Part shown: positions 25,801-38,700 of the stretch, one piece after another
Layout: each line of letters begins with the position of its first letter
Numbering within the stretch: the first letter of the stretch is position 1
From: the human T2T-CHM13v2.0 reference genome, Homo sapiens
Assembly: GCF_009914755.1 (NCBI RefSeq)
Contig: NC_060934.1
Length of the DNA stretch: 64,000 bases
Strand: one strand, 5' to 3'
Notes under the pieces: model-generated
What the model saw: the letters and a program-made list of their open reading frames with translations, nothing else
What the model was told of the DNA's origin: nothing
The model's database searches: none
Translations under genes and position numbers: made by a program

Positions 25801-28030
25801 TCTTCGTATAAAAACTACACAGAATCATTCTCAACAACTACTTTGTGATGTGTGCGTTCAACTCACAGAGTTTAACCTTTCTCTTCATAGAGCAGTTTGG
25901 AAACACTCTGTTTGTAAAGCCTGCAAGTGCTTTTTTGGACTTCATTGAGGCCTTCGTTGGAAACGGGATTTCTTCATATAATGCTAGACAGAAGAATTCT
26001 CAGTCACTTCTTTGTGTTGTGTGTATTCAAGTCACAGAGTTGAACCTTCCTTTAGACAGAGCAGTTGTGAAAAATTCTTTCTGTGGAATTTGCAAGTGGA
26101 GATTTCAAGCGATTTGAGGCTAATCTTTGAAATGGAAATATCTTCGTGTAAAAACTACACAGAATCATTCTCAGAAACTGCTTTGTCATCTGTGCGTTCA
26201 GTTCACAGAGTTTCACCTTTCTCTTCATAGAGCAGTTTGGAAAGACTCTGTCTGTAAAGTCTGCAAGTGATTAGTTAGACCCCATTGAGGCCATCGTTGG
26301 AAGCGGGAGTTCTCATTTACTGCTAGACAGAAGAATTCTCAGTAAATCCTTTGTGTTGTGTGTATTCAACTCACAGAGTTGAACCTTCCTTTATTCAGAG
26401 CAGTTTTGAAAAACACTTTTTGTGGAATTTGCAAGTGGAGATTTCAAGCGATTTGACGCCAATCTTAGACATGGAAATATCTTCATATTAAAAGTACACA
26501 GAGTCATTCGTAGAAACTAGTTTGTGATGAGTGCCTTCAACTCACAGAGTTTGACCTTTCTTTTCATAGAGCAGTTTGGAAACACTCTATTTGTAAAGTC
26601 TGCAAGTGGATATTTGGACCTCTTTGAGGCCTTCGTTCGAAAAGGGATTTCTTCATACAACGCTAGACAGAAGAATTCTCAGTAACTTCTTTGTGTTGTG
26701 TGTATTCAACTCACAGAGTTGAACCTTTCTTTAGAGAGAGCAGAGTTGAAACACTCTGTTTTTGGAATTTGCAAGTGCAGATTTCAAGCGATTCTAGGCC
26801 CATGGCAGAAAAGGAAATATCTTCGTATAAAAACTACACAGAATCATTCTCAACAACTACTTTGTGATGTGTGCGTTCAACTCACAAAGTTTAACCTTTC
26901 TTTTCATAGAGCAGTTTGGAAACACTCTGTTTGTAAAGCCTGCAAGTGCTTTTTTGGACTTCATTGAGGCCTTCGTTGGAAAGGGGATTTCTTCATATAA
27001 TGCTAGACAGAAGAATTCTCAGTAAATCCTTTGTGTTGTGTGTATTCAACTCACAGAGTGGAACCTTCCTTTATTCAGAGCAGTTTTGAAACACTCTTTT
27101 TGTGGAATTTGCAAGTGGAGATTTCAAGCGATTTGACGCCAATCTTAGACATGGAAATATCTTCATATTAAAAGTACACAGAGTCATTCGTAGAAACTAG
27201 TTTGTGATGTGTGCCTTCAAATCACGGAGTTTAACCTTTCTTTTCATAGAGCAGTTCGGAAACACTCTATTTCTAAAGTCTGCAAGTGGATATTTTGACC
27301 TCTTTGAGGCCTTCTTTGGAAACGGGATTTCTTCATATAACGCTAGACAGAAGAATTCTCAGTAACTTCTTTGTGTTGTGTGTATTCAACTCACAGAGTT
27401 GAACCTTTCTTGAGAGAGAGCAGAGTTGAAACACTCTTTTTGTGGAATTTGCTAGTGCAGATTTCAAACGCTTCGAAGACAGTGATAGAAAAGGATATAT
27501 CTTCGTATTAAAACTAGACAAAATCCTTCTCAGAAAACACTTTGTGATGTGTGTGTTCAACTCACAGAGTTTAACCTTTCTTTAATCGAGCAGTTTGGAA
27601 ATACACTCTTTGTAAGTCTGCAGGTGGATAATTGGCCCTCTTTGAGCCCTTCGTTGGAAACGGGATTTCCTCATATAATGCTAGACAGAAGAATTCTCAG
27701 TAACTTCTTTGTGTTGTTTGTATTCAACTCACAGATTTGAACCTTCCTTTAGAGAGAGCAGTTTTGAAACACTCTGTTTTTGGAATTTGCAAGTGCAGAT
27801 TTCAAGCGCTTCTGGGCCTATGGCAGAAAAGGAAATATCTTCGTATAAAAACTACACAGAATCATTCTCAACAACTACTTTGTGATGTGTGCGTTCAACT
27901 CACAGAGTTTAACCTTTCTTTTCATAGAGCAGTTTGGAAACACTCTGTTTGTAAAGCCTGCAAGTGCTTTTTTGGACTTCATTGAGGCCTTCGTTGGAAA
28001 CGGGATTTCTTCATATAATGCTAGACAGAA

Positions 28031-29388
28031 GAATTCTCAGTCACTTCTTTGTGTTGTTTGTATTGAAGTCACAGAGTTGAACCTTCCTTTAGACAGAGCA
28101 GTTTTGGAAAATTCTTTCTGTGGAATTTGCAAGTGGAGATTTCAAGCGATTTGAGGCTAATCTTTGAAATGGAAATATCTTCGTATAAAAACTACACAGA
28201 ATCATTCTCAACAACTACTTTGTGATGTGTGCGTTCAACTCACAAAGTTTAACCTTTCTTTTCATAGAGAAGTATGGAAACACTCTCTTTGTAAAGCCTG
28301 CAAGTGCTTTTTTGGACTTCATTGAGGCCTTCGTTGGAAACGGGATTTCTTCATATAATGCTAGACAGAAGAATTCTCAGTAAATCCTTTGTGTTGTGTG
28401 TATTCAACTCACAGAGTGGAACCTTCCTTTATTCAGAGCAGTTTTGAAACACTCTTTTTGTGGAATTTGCAAGTGGAGATTTCAAGTGATTTGACGCCAA
28501 TCTTAGACATGGAAATATCTTCATATTAAAAGTACACAGAGTCATTCGTAGAAACTAGTTTGTGATGTGTGCCTTCAACTCACAGAGTTTGACCTTTCTT
28601 TTCATAGAGCAGTTCGGAAACACTCTATTTGTAAAGTCTGCAAGTGGATATTTGGACCTCTTTGAGGCCTTCGTTGGAAACGGGATTTCTTCATATAACG
28701 CTAGACAGAAGAATTCTCAGTAACTTCTTTGTGTTGTGTGTATTCAACTCACAGAGTTGAACCCTTCTTTAGAGAGAGCAGAGTTGAGACACTCTTTTTG
28801 TGGAATTTGCTAGTGCAGATTTCAAACGCTTCGAAGACAGTGATAGAAAAGGATATATCTTCGTATTAAAACTAGACAAAATCATTCTCAGAAAACACTT
28901 TGTGATGTGTGTGTTCAACTCACAGAGTTTAACCTTTCTTTAATCGAGCAGTTTGGAAATACACTCTTTGTAAGTCTGCAGGTGGATTATTGGCCCTCTT
29001 TGAGCCCTTCGTTGGAAACGGGATTTCCTCATATAATGCTAGACAGAAGAATTCTCAGTAACTTCTTTGTGTTGTTTGTATTCAACTCACAGATTTGAAC
29101 CTTCCTTTAGAGAGAGCAGATTTGAAACACTCTGTTTTTGGAATTTGCAAGTGCAGATTTCAAGCGCTTCTAGGCCTATGGCAGAAAAGGAAATATCTTC
29201 ATATAAAAACTACACAGAATCATTCTCAACAACTACTTTGTGATGTGTGCGTTCAACTCACAGAGTTTAACCTTTCTTTTCATAGAGCAGTTTGGAAACA
29301 CTCTGTTTGTAAAGCCTGCAAGTGCTTTTTTGGACTTCATTGAGGCCTTCGTTGGAAACGGGATTTCTTCATATAATGCTAGACAGAA
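28031..29388 (+). repeat. 8-mer HOR variant, junction type 1
   Basis: A/C1 hybrid dimer with GAAGTATGGA; the next A is at 29389. Confidence 0.9.
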
Positions 29389-31425
29389 GAATTCTCAGTC
29401 ACTTCTTTGTGTTGTTTGTATTGAAGTCATAGAGTTGAACCTTCCTTTAGACAGAGCAGTTTTGAAAAATTCTTTCTGTGGAATTTGCAAGTGGAGATTT
29501 CAAGCGATTTGAGGCTAATCTTTGAAATGGAAATATCTTCGTGTAAAAACTACACAGAATCATTCTCAGAAACTGCTTTGTCATCTGTGCGTTCAGTTCA
29601 CAGAGTTTCACCTTTCTCTTCATAGAGCAGTTTGGAAAGACTCTGTCTGTAAAGTCTGCAAGTGATTAGTTAGACCCCTTTGAGGCCTTCGTTGGAAGCG
29701 GGATTTCTCATTTACTGCTAGACAGAAGAATTCTCAGTAAATCCTTTGTGTTGTGTGTATTCAACTCACAGAGTTGAACCTTCCTTTATTCAGAGCAGTT
29801 TTGAAAAACACTTTTTGTGGAATTTGGAAGTGGAGATTTCAAGCGATTTGACGCCAATTGAAGACATGGAAATATCTTCATATTAAAAGTACACAGAGTC
29901 ATTCGTAGAAACTAGTTTGTGATGTGTGCCTTCAACTCACAGAGTTTGACCTTTCTTTTCATAGAGCAGTTTGGAAACACTCTATTTGTAAAGTCTGCAA
30001 GTGGATATTTGGACCTCTTTGAGGCCTTCATTGGAAAAGGGATTTCTTCATACAACGCTAGACAGAAGAATTCTCAGTAACTTCTTTGTGTTGTGTGTAT
30101 TCAACTCACAGAGTTGAACCTTTCTTTAGAGAGAGCAGAGTTGAAACACTCTGTTTTTGGAATTTGCAAGTGCAGATTTCAAGCGATTCTAGGCCCAAGG
30201 CAGAAAAGGAAATATCTTCGTATAAAAACTACACAGAATCATTCTCAACAACTACTTTGTGATGTGTGCGTTCAACTCACAAAGTTTAACCTTTCTTTTC
30301 ATAGAGCAGTTTGGAAACACTCTGTTTGTAAAGCCTGCAAGTGCTTTTTTGGACTTCATTGAGGCCTTCGTTGGAAAGGGGATTTCTTCATATAATGCTA
30401 GACAGAAGAATTCTCAGTAAATCCTTTGTGTTGTGTGTATTCAACTCACAGAGTGGAACCTTCCTTTATTCAGAGCAGTTTTGAAACACTCTTTTTGTGG
30501 AATTTGCAAGTGGAGATTTCAAGCGATTTGTCGCCAATCTTAGACATGGAAATATCTTCATATTAAAAGTACACAGAGTCATTCGTAGAAACTAGTTTGT
30601 GATGTGTGCCTTCAAATCACGGAGTTTAACCTTTCTTTTCATAGAGCAGTTCGGAAACACTCTATTTCTAAAGTCTGCAAGTGGATATTTTGACCTCTTT
30701 GAGGCCTTCTTTGGAAACGGGATTTCTTCATATAACGCTAGACAGAAGAATTCTCAGTAACTTCTTTGTGTTGTGTGTATTCAACTCACAGAGTTGAACC
30801 TTTCTTGAGAGAGAGCAGAGTTGAAACACTCTTTTTGTGGAATTTGCTAGTGCAGATTTCAAACGCTTCGAAGACAGTGATAGAAAAGGATATATCTTCG
30901 TATTAAAACTAGACAAAATCCTTCTCAGAAAACACTTTGTGATGTGTGTGTTCAACTCACAGAGTTTAACCTTTCTTTAATCGAGCAGTTTGGAAATACA
31001 CTCTTTGTAAGTCTGCAGGTGGATAATTGGCCCTCTTTGAGCCCTTCGTTGGAAACGGGATTTCCTCATATAATGCTAGACAGAAGAATTCTCAGTAACT
31101 TCTTTGTGTTGTTTGTATTCAACTCACAGATTTGAACCTTCCTTTAGAGAGAGCAGTTTTGAAACACTCTGTTTTTGGAATTTGCAAGTGCAGATTTCAA
31201 GCGCTTCTGGGCCTATGGCAGAAAAGGAAATATCTTCGTATAAAAACTACACAGAATCATTCTCAACAACTACTTTGTGATGTGTGCGTTCAACTCACAG
31301 AGTTTAACCTTTCTTTTCATAGAGCAGTTTGGAAACACTCTGTTTGTAAAGCCTGCAAGTGCTTTTTTGGACTTCATTGAGGCCTTCGTTGGAAACGGGA
31401 TTTCTTCATATAATGCTAGACAGAA

Positions 31426-32783
31426 GAATTCTCAGTCACTTCTTTGTGTTGTTTGTATTGAAGTCACAGAGTTGAACCTTCCTTTAGACAGAGCAGTTTT
31501 GAAAAATTCTTTCTGTGGAATTTGCAAGTGGAGATTTCAAGCGATTTGAGGCTAATCTTTGAAATGGAAATATCTTCGTATAAAAACTACACAGAATCAT
31601 TCTCAACAACTACTTTGTGATGTGTGCGTTCAACTCACAAAGTTTAACCTTTCTTTTCATAGAGAAGTATGGAAACACTCTGTTTGTAAAGCCTGCAAGT
31701 GCTTTTTTGGACTTCATTGAGGCCTTCGTTGGAAACGGGATTTCTTCATATAATGCTAGACAGAAGAATTCTCAGTAAATCCTTTGTGTTGTGTGTATTC
31801 AACTCACAGAGTGGAACCTTCCTTTATTCAGAGCAGTTTTGAAACACTCTTTTTGTGGAATTTGCAAGTGGAGATTTCAAGCGATTTGACGCCAATCTTA
31901 GACATGGAAATATCTTCATATTAAAAGTACACAGAGTCATTCGTAGAAACTAGTTTGTGATGTGTGCCTTCAACTCACAGAGTTTGACCTTTCTTTTCAT
32001 AGAGCAGTTCGGAAACACTCTATTTGTAAAGTCTGCAAGTGGATATTTGGACCTCTTTGAGGCCTTCGTTGGAAACGGGATTTCTTCATATAACGCTAGG
32101 CAGAAGAATTCTCAGTAACTTCTTTGTGTTGTGTGTATTCAACTCACAGAGTTGAACCCTTCTTTAGAGAGAGCAGAGTTGAGACACTCTTTTTGTGGAA
32201 TTTGCTAGTGCAGATTTCAAACGCTTCGAAGACAGTGATAGAAAAGGATATATCTTCGTATTAAAAGTAGACAAAATCATTCTCAGAAAACACTTTGTGA
32301 TGTGTGTGTTCAACTCACAGAGTTTAACCTTTCTTTAATCGAGCAGTTTGGAAATACACTCTTTGTAAGTCTGCAGGTGGATTATTGGCCCTCTTTGAGC
32401 CCTTCGTTGGAAACGGGATTTCCTCATATAATGCTAGACAGAAGAATTCTCAGTAACTTCTTTGTGTTGTTTGTATTCAACTCACAGATTTGAACCTTCC
32501 TTTAGAGAGAGCAGATTTGAAACACTCTGTTTTTGGAATTTGCAAGTGCAGATTTCAAGCGCTTCTAGGCCTATGGCAGAAAAGGAAATATCTTCATATA
32601 AAAACTACACAGAATCATTCTCAACAACTACTTTGTGATGTGTGCGTTCAACTCACAGAGTTTAACCTTTCTTTTCATAGAGCAGTTTGGAAACACTCTG
32701 TTTGTAAAGCCTGCAAGTGCTTTTTTGGACTTCATTGAGGCCTTCGTTGGAAACGGGATTTCTTCATATAATGTTAGACAGAA
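31426..32783 (+). repeat. 8-mer HOR variant, junction type 1
   Basis: A/C1 hybrid dimer with GAAGTATGGA; the next A is at 32784. Confidence 0.9.
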
Positions 32784-35700
32784 GAATTCTCAGTCACTTC
32801 TTTGTGTTGTGTGTATTCAAGTCACAGAGTTGAACCTTCCTTTAGACAGAGCAGTTTTGAAAAATTCTTTCTGTGGAATTTGCAAGTGGAGATTTCAAGC
32901 GATTTGAGGCTAATCTTTGAAATGGAAATATCTTCGTGTAAAAACTACACAGAATCATTCTCAGAAACTGCTTTGTCATCTGTGCGTTCAGTTCACAGAG
33001 TTTCACCTTTCTCTTCATAGAGCAGTTTGGAAAGGCTCTGTCTGTTAAGTCTGCAAGTGATTAGTTAGACCCCATTGAGGCCTTCGTTGGAAGCGGGATT
33101 TCTCATTTACTGCTAGACAGAAGAATTCTCAGTAAATCCTTTGTGTTGTGTGTATTCAACTCACAGAGTTGAACCTTCCTTTATTCAGAGCAGTTTTGAA
33201 AAACACTTTTTGTGGAATTTGCAAGTGGAGATTTCATGCGATTTGACGCCAATCTTAGACATGGAAATATCTTCATATTAAAAGTACACAGAGTCATTCG
33301 TAGAAACTAGTTTGTGATGTGTGCCTTCAACTCACAGAGTTTGACCTTTCTTTTCATAGAGCAGTTTGGAAACACTCTATTTGTAAAGTCTGCAGGTGGA
33401 TATTTGGACCTCTTTGAGGCCTTCGTTCGAAAAGGGATTTCTTCATACAACGCTAGACAGAAGAATTCTCAGTAACTTCTTTGTGTTGTGTGTATTCAAC
33501 TCACAGAGTTGAACCTTTCTTTAGAGAGAGCAGAGTTGAAAAACTGTGTTTTTGGAATATGCAAGTGCAGATTTCAAGCGATTCTAGGCCTATGGCAGAG
33601 AAGGAAATATCTTCGTATAAAAACTACACAGAATCATTCTCAACAACTACTTTGTGATGTGTGCGTTCAACTCACAAAGTTTAACCTTTCTTTTCATAGA
33701 GAAGTTTGGAAACACTCTGTTTGTAAAGCCTGCAAGTGCTTTTTTGGACTTCATTGAGGCCTTCGTTGGAAACGGGATTTCTTCATATAATGCTAGACAG
33801 AAGAATTCTCAGTAAATCCTTTGTGTTGTGTGTATTCAACTCACAGAGTGGAACCTTCCTTTATTCAGAGCAGTTTTGAAACACTCTTTTTGTGGAATTT
33901 GCAAGTGGAGATTTCAAGCGATTTGACGCCAATCTTAGACATGGAAATATCTTCATATTAAAAGTACACAGAGTCATTCGTAGAAACTAGTTTGTGATGT
34001 GTGCCTTCAACTCACAGAGTTTAACCTTTCTTTTCATAGAGCAGTTCGGAAACACTCTATTTGTAAAGTCTGCAAGTGGATATTTGGACCTCTTTGAGGC
34101 CTTCGTTGGAAACGGGATTTCTTCATATAACGCTTGACAGAAGAATTCTCAGTAACTTCTTTGTGTTGTGTGTATTCAACTCACAGAGTTGAACCTTTCT
34201 TGAGAGAGAGCAGAGTTGAAACACTCTTTTTGTGGAATTTGCTAGTGCAGATTTCAAACGCTTCGAAGACAGTGATAGAAAAGGATATATCTTCGTATTA
34301 AAACTAGACAAAATCATTCTCAGAAAACATTTTGTGATGTGTGTGTTCAACTCACAGAGTTTAACCTTTCTTTAATCGAGCAGTTTGGAAATACACTCTT
34401 TGTAAGTCTGCAGGTGGATAATTGGCCCTCTTTGAGCCCTTCGTTGGAAACGGGATTTCCTCATATAATGCTAGACAGAAGAATTCTCAGTAACTTGTTT
34501 GTGTTGTTTGTATTCAACTCACAGATTTGAACCTTCCTTTAGAGAGAGCAGATTTGAAACACTCTGTTTTTGGAATTTGCAAGTGCAGATTTCAAGCGCT
34601 TCTAGGCCTATGGCAGAAAAGGAAATATCTTCGTATAAAAACTACACAGAATCATTCTCAACAACTACTTTGTGATGTGTGCGTTCAACTCACAGAGTTT
34701 AACCTTTCTTTTCATAGAGCAGTTTGGAAACACTCTGTTTGTAAAGCCTGCAAGTGCTTTTTTGGACTTCATTGAGGCCTTTGTTGGAAACGGGATTTCT
34801 TCATATAACGCTAGACAGAAGAATTCTCAGTCACTTCTTTGTGTTGTGTGTATTCAAGTCACAGAGTTGAACCTTCCTTTAGACAGAGTAGTTTTGAAAA
34901 ATTCTTTCTGTGGAATTTGCAAGTGGAGATTTCAGGCGATTTGAGGCTAATCTTTGAAATGGAAATGTCTTCGTGTAAAAACTACACAGAATCATTCTCA
35001 GAAACTGCTTTGTCATCTGTGCGTTCAGTTCACAGAGTTTCACCTTTCTCTTCATAGAGCAGTTTGGAAAGACTCTGTCTGTAAAATCTGCAAGTGATTA
35101 GTTAGACCCCATTGAGGCCATCGTTGGAAGCGGGAGTTCTCATTTACTGCTAGACAGAAGAATTCTCAGTAAATCCTTTGTGTTGTGTGTATTCAACTCA
35201 CAGAGTTGAACCTTCCTTTATTCAGAGCAGTTTTGAAAAACACTTTTTGTGGAATTTGCAAGTGGAGATTTCAAGCGATTTGACGCCAATCTTAGACATG
35301 GAAATATCTTCATATTAAAAGTACACAGAGTCATTCGTAGAAACTAGTTTGTGATGTGTGCCTTCAACTCACAGAGTTTGACCTTTCTTTTCATAGAGCA
35401 GTTTGGAAACACTCTATTTGTAAAGTCTGCAAGTGGATATTTGGACCTCTTTGAGGCCTTCGTTCGAAAAGGGATTTCTTCATACAACGCTAGACAGAAG
35501 AATTCTCAGTAACTTCTTTGTGTTGTGTGTATTCAACTCACAGAGTTGAACATTTCTTTAGAGAGAGCAGAGTTGAAACACTCTGTTTTTGGAATTTGCA
35601 AGTGCAGATTTCAAGCGATTCTAGGCCTATGGCAGAAAAGGAAATATCTTCGTATAAAAACTACACAGAATCATTCTCAACAACTACTTTGTGATGTGTG

Positions 35701-38700
35701 CGTTCAACTCACAAAGTTTAACCTTTCTTTTCATAGAGCAGTTTGGAAACACTCTGTTTGTAAAGCCTGCAAGTGCTTTTTTGGACTTCATTGAGGCCTT
35801 CGTTGGAAAGGGGATTTCTTCATATAATGCTAGACAGAAGAATTCTCAGTAAATCCTTTGTGTTGTGTGTATTCAACTCACAGAGTGGAACCTTCCTTTA
35901 TTCAGAGCAGTTTTGAAACACTCTTTTTGTGGAATTTGCAAGTGGAGATTTCAAGCGATTTGACGCCAATCTTAGACATGGAAATATCTTCATATTAAAA
36001 GTACACAGAGTCATTCGTAGAAACTAGTTTGTGATGTGTGCCTTCAACTCACAGAGTTTAACCTTTCTTTTCATAGAGCAGTTCGGAAAAACTCTATTTG
36101 TAAAGTCTGCAAGTGGATATTTGGACCTCTTTGAGGCCTTCGTTGGAAACGGGATTTCTTCATATAATGCTTGACAGAAGAATTCTCAGTAACTTCTTTG
36201 TGTTGTGTGTATTCAGCTCACAGAGTTGAACCTTTCCTGAGAGAGAGCAGAGTTGAAACACTCTTTTTGTGGAAATTGCTAGTGCAGATTTCAAACGCTT
36301 CGAAGACAGTGATAGAAAAGGATATATCTTCGTATTAAAACTAGACAAAATCAATCTCAGAAAACACTTTGTGATGTGTGTGTTCAACTCACAGAGTTTA
36401 ACCTTTCTTTAATCGAGCAGTTTGGAAATACACTCTTTGTAAGTCTGCAGGTGGATAATTGGCCCTCTTTGAGCTCTTCGTTGGAAACGGGATTTCCTCA
36501 TATAATGCTAGACAGAAGAATTCTCAGTAACTTCTTTGTGTTGTTTGTATTCAACTCACAGTTTTGAACCTTCCTTTAGAGAGAGCAGATTTGAAACACT
36601 CTGTTTTTGGAATTTGCAAGTGCAGATTTCAAGCGCTTCTAGGCCTATGGCAGAAAAGGAAATATATTCGTATAAAAACTACACAGAATCATTCTCAACA
36701 ACTACTTTGTGATGTGTGCGTTCAACTCACAGAGTTTAACCTTTCTTTTCATAGAGCAGTTTGGAAACACTCTGTTTGTAAAGCCTGCAAGTGCTTTTTT
36801 GGACTTCATTGAGGCCTTCGTTGGAAACGGGATTTCTTCATATAATGCTAGACAGAAGAATTCTCAGTCACTTCTTTGTGTTGTGTGTATTCAAGTCACA
36901 GAGTTGAACCTTCCTTTAGACAGAGCAGTTTTGAAAAATTCTTTCTGTGGAATTTGCAAGTGGAGATTTCAAGCGATGGGAGGCTAATCTTTGAAATGGA
37001 AATATCTTCGTGTAAAAACTACACAGAATCATTCTCAGAAACTGCTTTGTTATCTGTGCGTTCAGTTCACAGAGTTTCACCTTTCTCTTCATAGAGCAGT
37101 TTGGAAAGACTCTGTCTGTAAAGTCTGCAAGTGATTAGTTAGACCCCTTTCAGGCCTTCGTTGGAAGAGGGATTTCTCATTTACTACTAGACAGAAGAAT
37201 TCTCAGTAAATCCTTTGTGTTGTGTGTATTCAACTCACAGAGTGGAACCTTCCTTTATTCAGAGCAGTTTTGAAAAACACTTTTTGTGGAATTTGCAAGC
37301 GGAGATTTCAAGCGATTTGACGCCAATCTTAGACATGGAAATATCTTCATATTAAAAGTACACAGAGTCATTCGTAGAAACTAGTTTGTGATGTGTGCCT
37401 TCAACTCACAGAGTTTGACCTTTCTTTTCATAGAGCAGTTTGGAAACACTCTATTTGTAAAGTCTGCAAGTGGATATTTGGACCTCTTTGAGGCCTTCGT
37501 TCGAAAAGGGATTTCTTCATACAACGCTAGACAGAAGAATTCTCAGTAACTTCTTTGTGTTGTGTGTATTCAACTCACAGAGTTGAACCTTTCTTTAGAG
37601 AGAGCAGAGTTGAAACACTCTGTTTTTGGAATTTGCAAGTGCAGATTTCAAGCGATTCTAAGCCTATGGCAGAAAAGGAAATATCTTCGTATAAAAACTA
37701 CACAGAATCATTCTCAACAACTACTTTGTGATGTGTGCGTTCAACTCACAAAGTTTAACCTTTCTTTTCATAGAGAAGTTTGGAAACACTCTGTTTGTAA
37801 AGCCTGCAAGTGCTTTTTTGGACTTCATTGAGGCCTTCGTTGGAAACGGGAGTTCTTCATATAATGCTAGACAGAAGAATTCTCAGTAAATCCGTGGTGT
37901 TGTGTGCATTCAACTCACAGAGTGGAACCTTCCTTTATTCAGAGCAGTTTTGAAACACTCTTTTTGTTTAATTTGCAAGTGGAGATTTCAAGCGATTTGA
38001 CGCCAATCTTAGACATGGAAATATCTTCATATTAAAAGTACACAGTCATTCGTAGAAACTAGTTTGTGATGTGTGCCTTCAACTCACAGAGTTTAACCTT
38101 TCTTTTCATAGAGCAGTTCGGAAACACTCTATTTGTAAAGTCTGCAAGTGGATATTTGGACCTCTTTGAGGCCTTCGTTGGAAACGGGATTTCTTCATAT
38201 AACGCTTGACAGAAGAATTCTCAGTAACTTCTTTGTGTTGTGTGTATTCAACTCACAGAGTTGAACCTTTCTTGAGAGAGAGCAGAGTTGAAACACTCTT
38301 TTTGTGGAATTTGCTAGTGCAGATTTCAAACGCTTCGAAGACAGTGATAGAAAAGGATATATCTTCGTATTAAAACTAGACAAAATCATTCTCAGAAAAC
38401 ACTTTGTGATGTGTGTGTTCAACTCACAGAGTTTAACCTTTCTTTAATCGAGCAGTTTGGAAATACACTCTTTGTAAGTCTGCAGGTGGATAATTGGCCC
38501 TCTTTGAGCCCTTCGTTGGAAACGGGATTTCCTCATATAATGCTAGACAGCAGAATTCTCAGTAACTTCTTTGTGTTGTTTGTATTCAACTCACAGATTT
38601 GAACCTTCCTTTAGAGAGAGCAGATTTGAAACACTCTGTTTTTGGAATTTGCAAGTGCAGATTTCAAGCGCTTCTAGGCCTATGGCAGAAAAGGAAATAT

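Noticed and set aside
29854-29866. CTT>TGA change read as a micro-inversion or as templated from the D dimer
   Set aside because: It is not the reverse complement of the local sequence, and the GAAGACA match in D is short and out of register.
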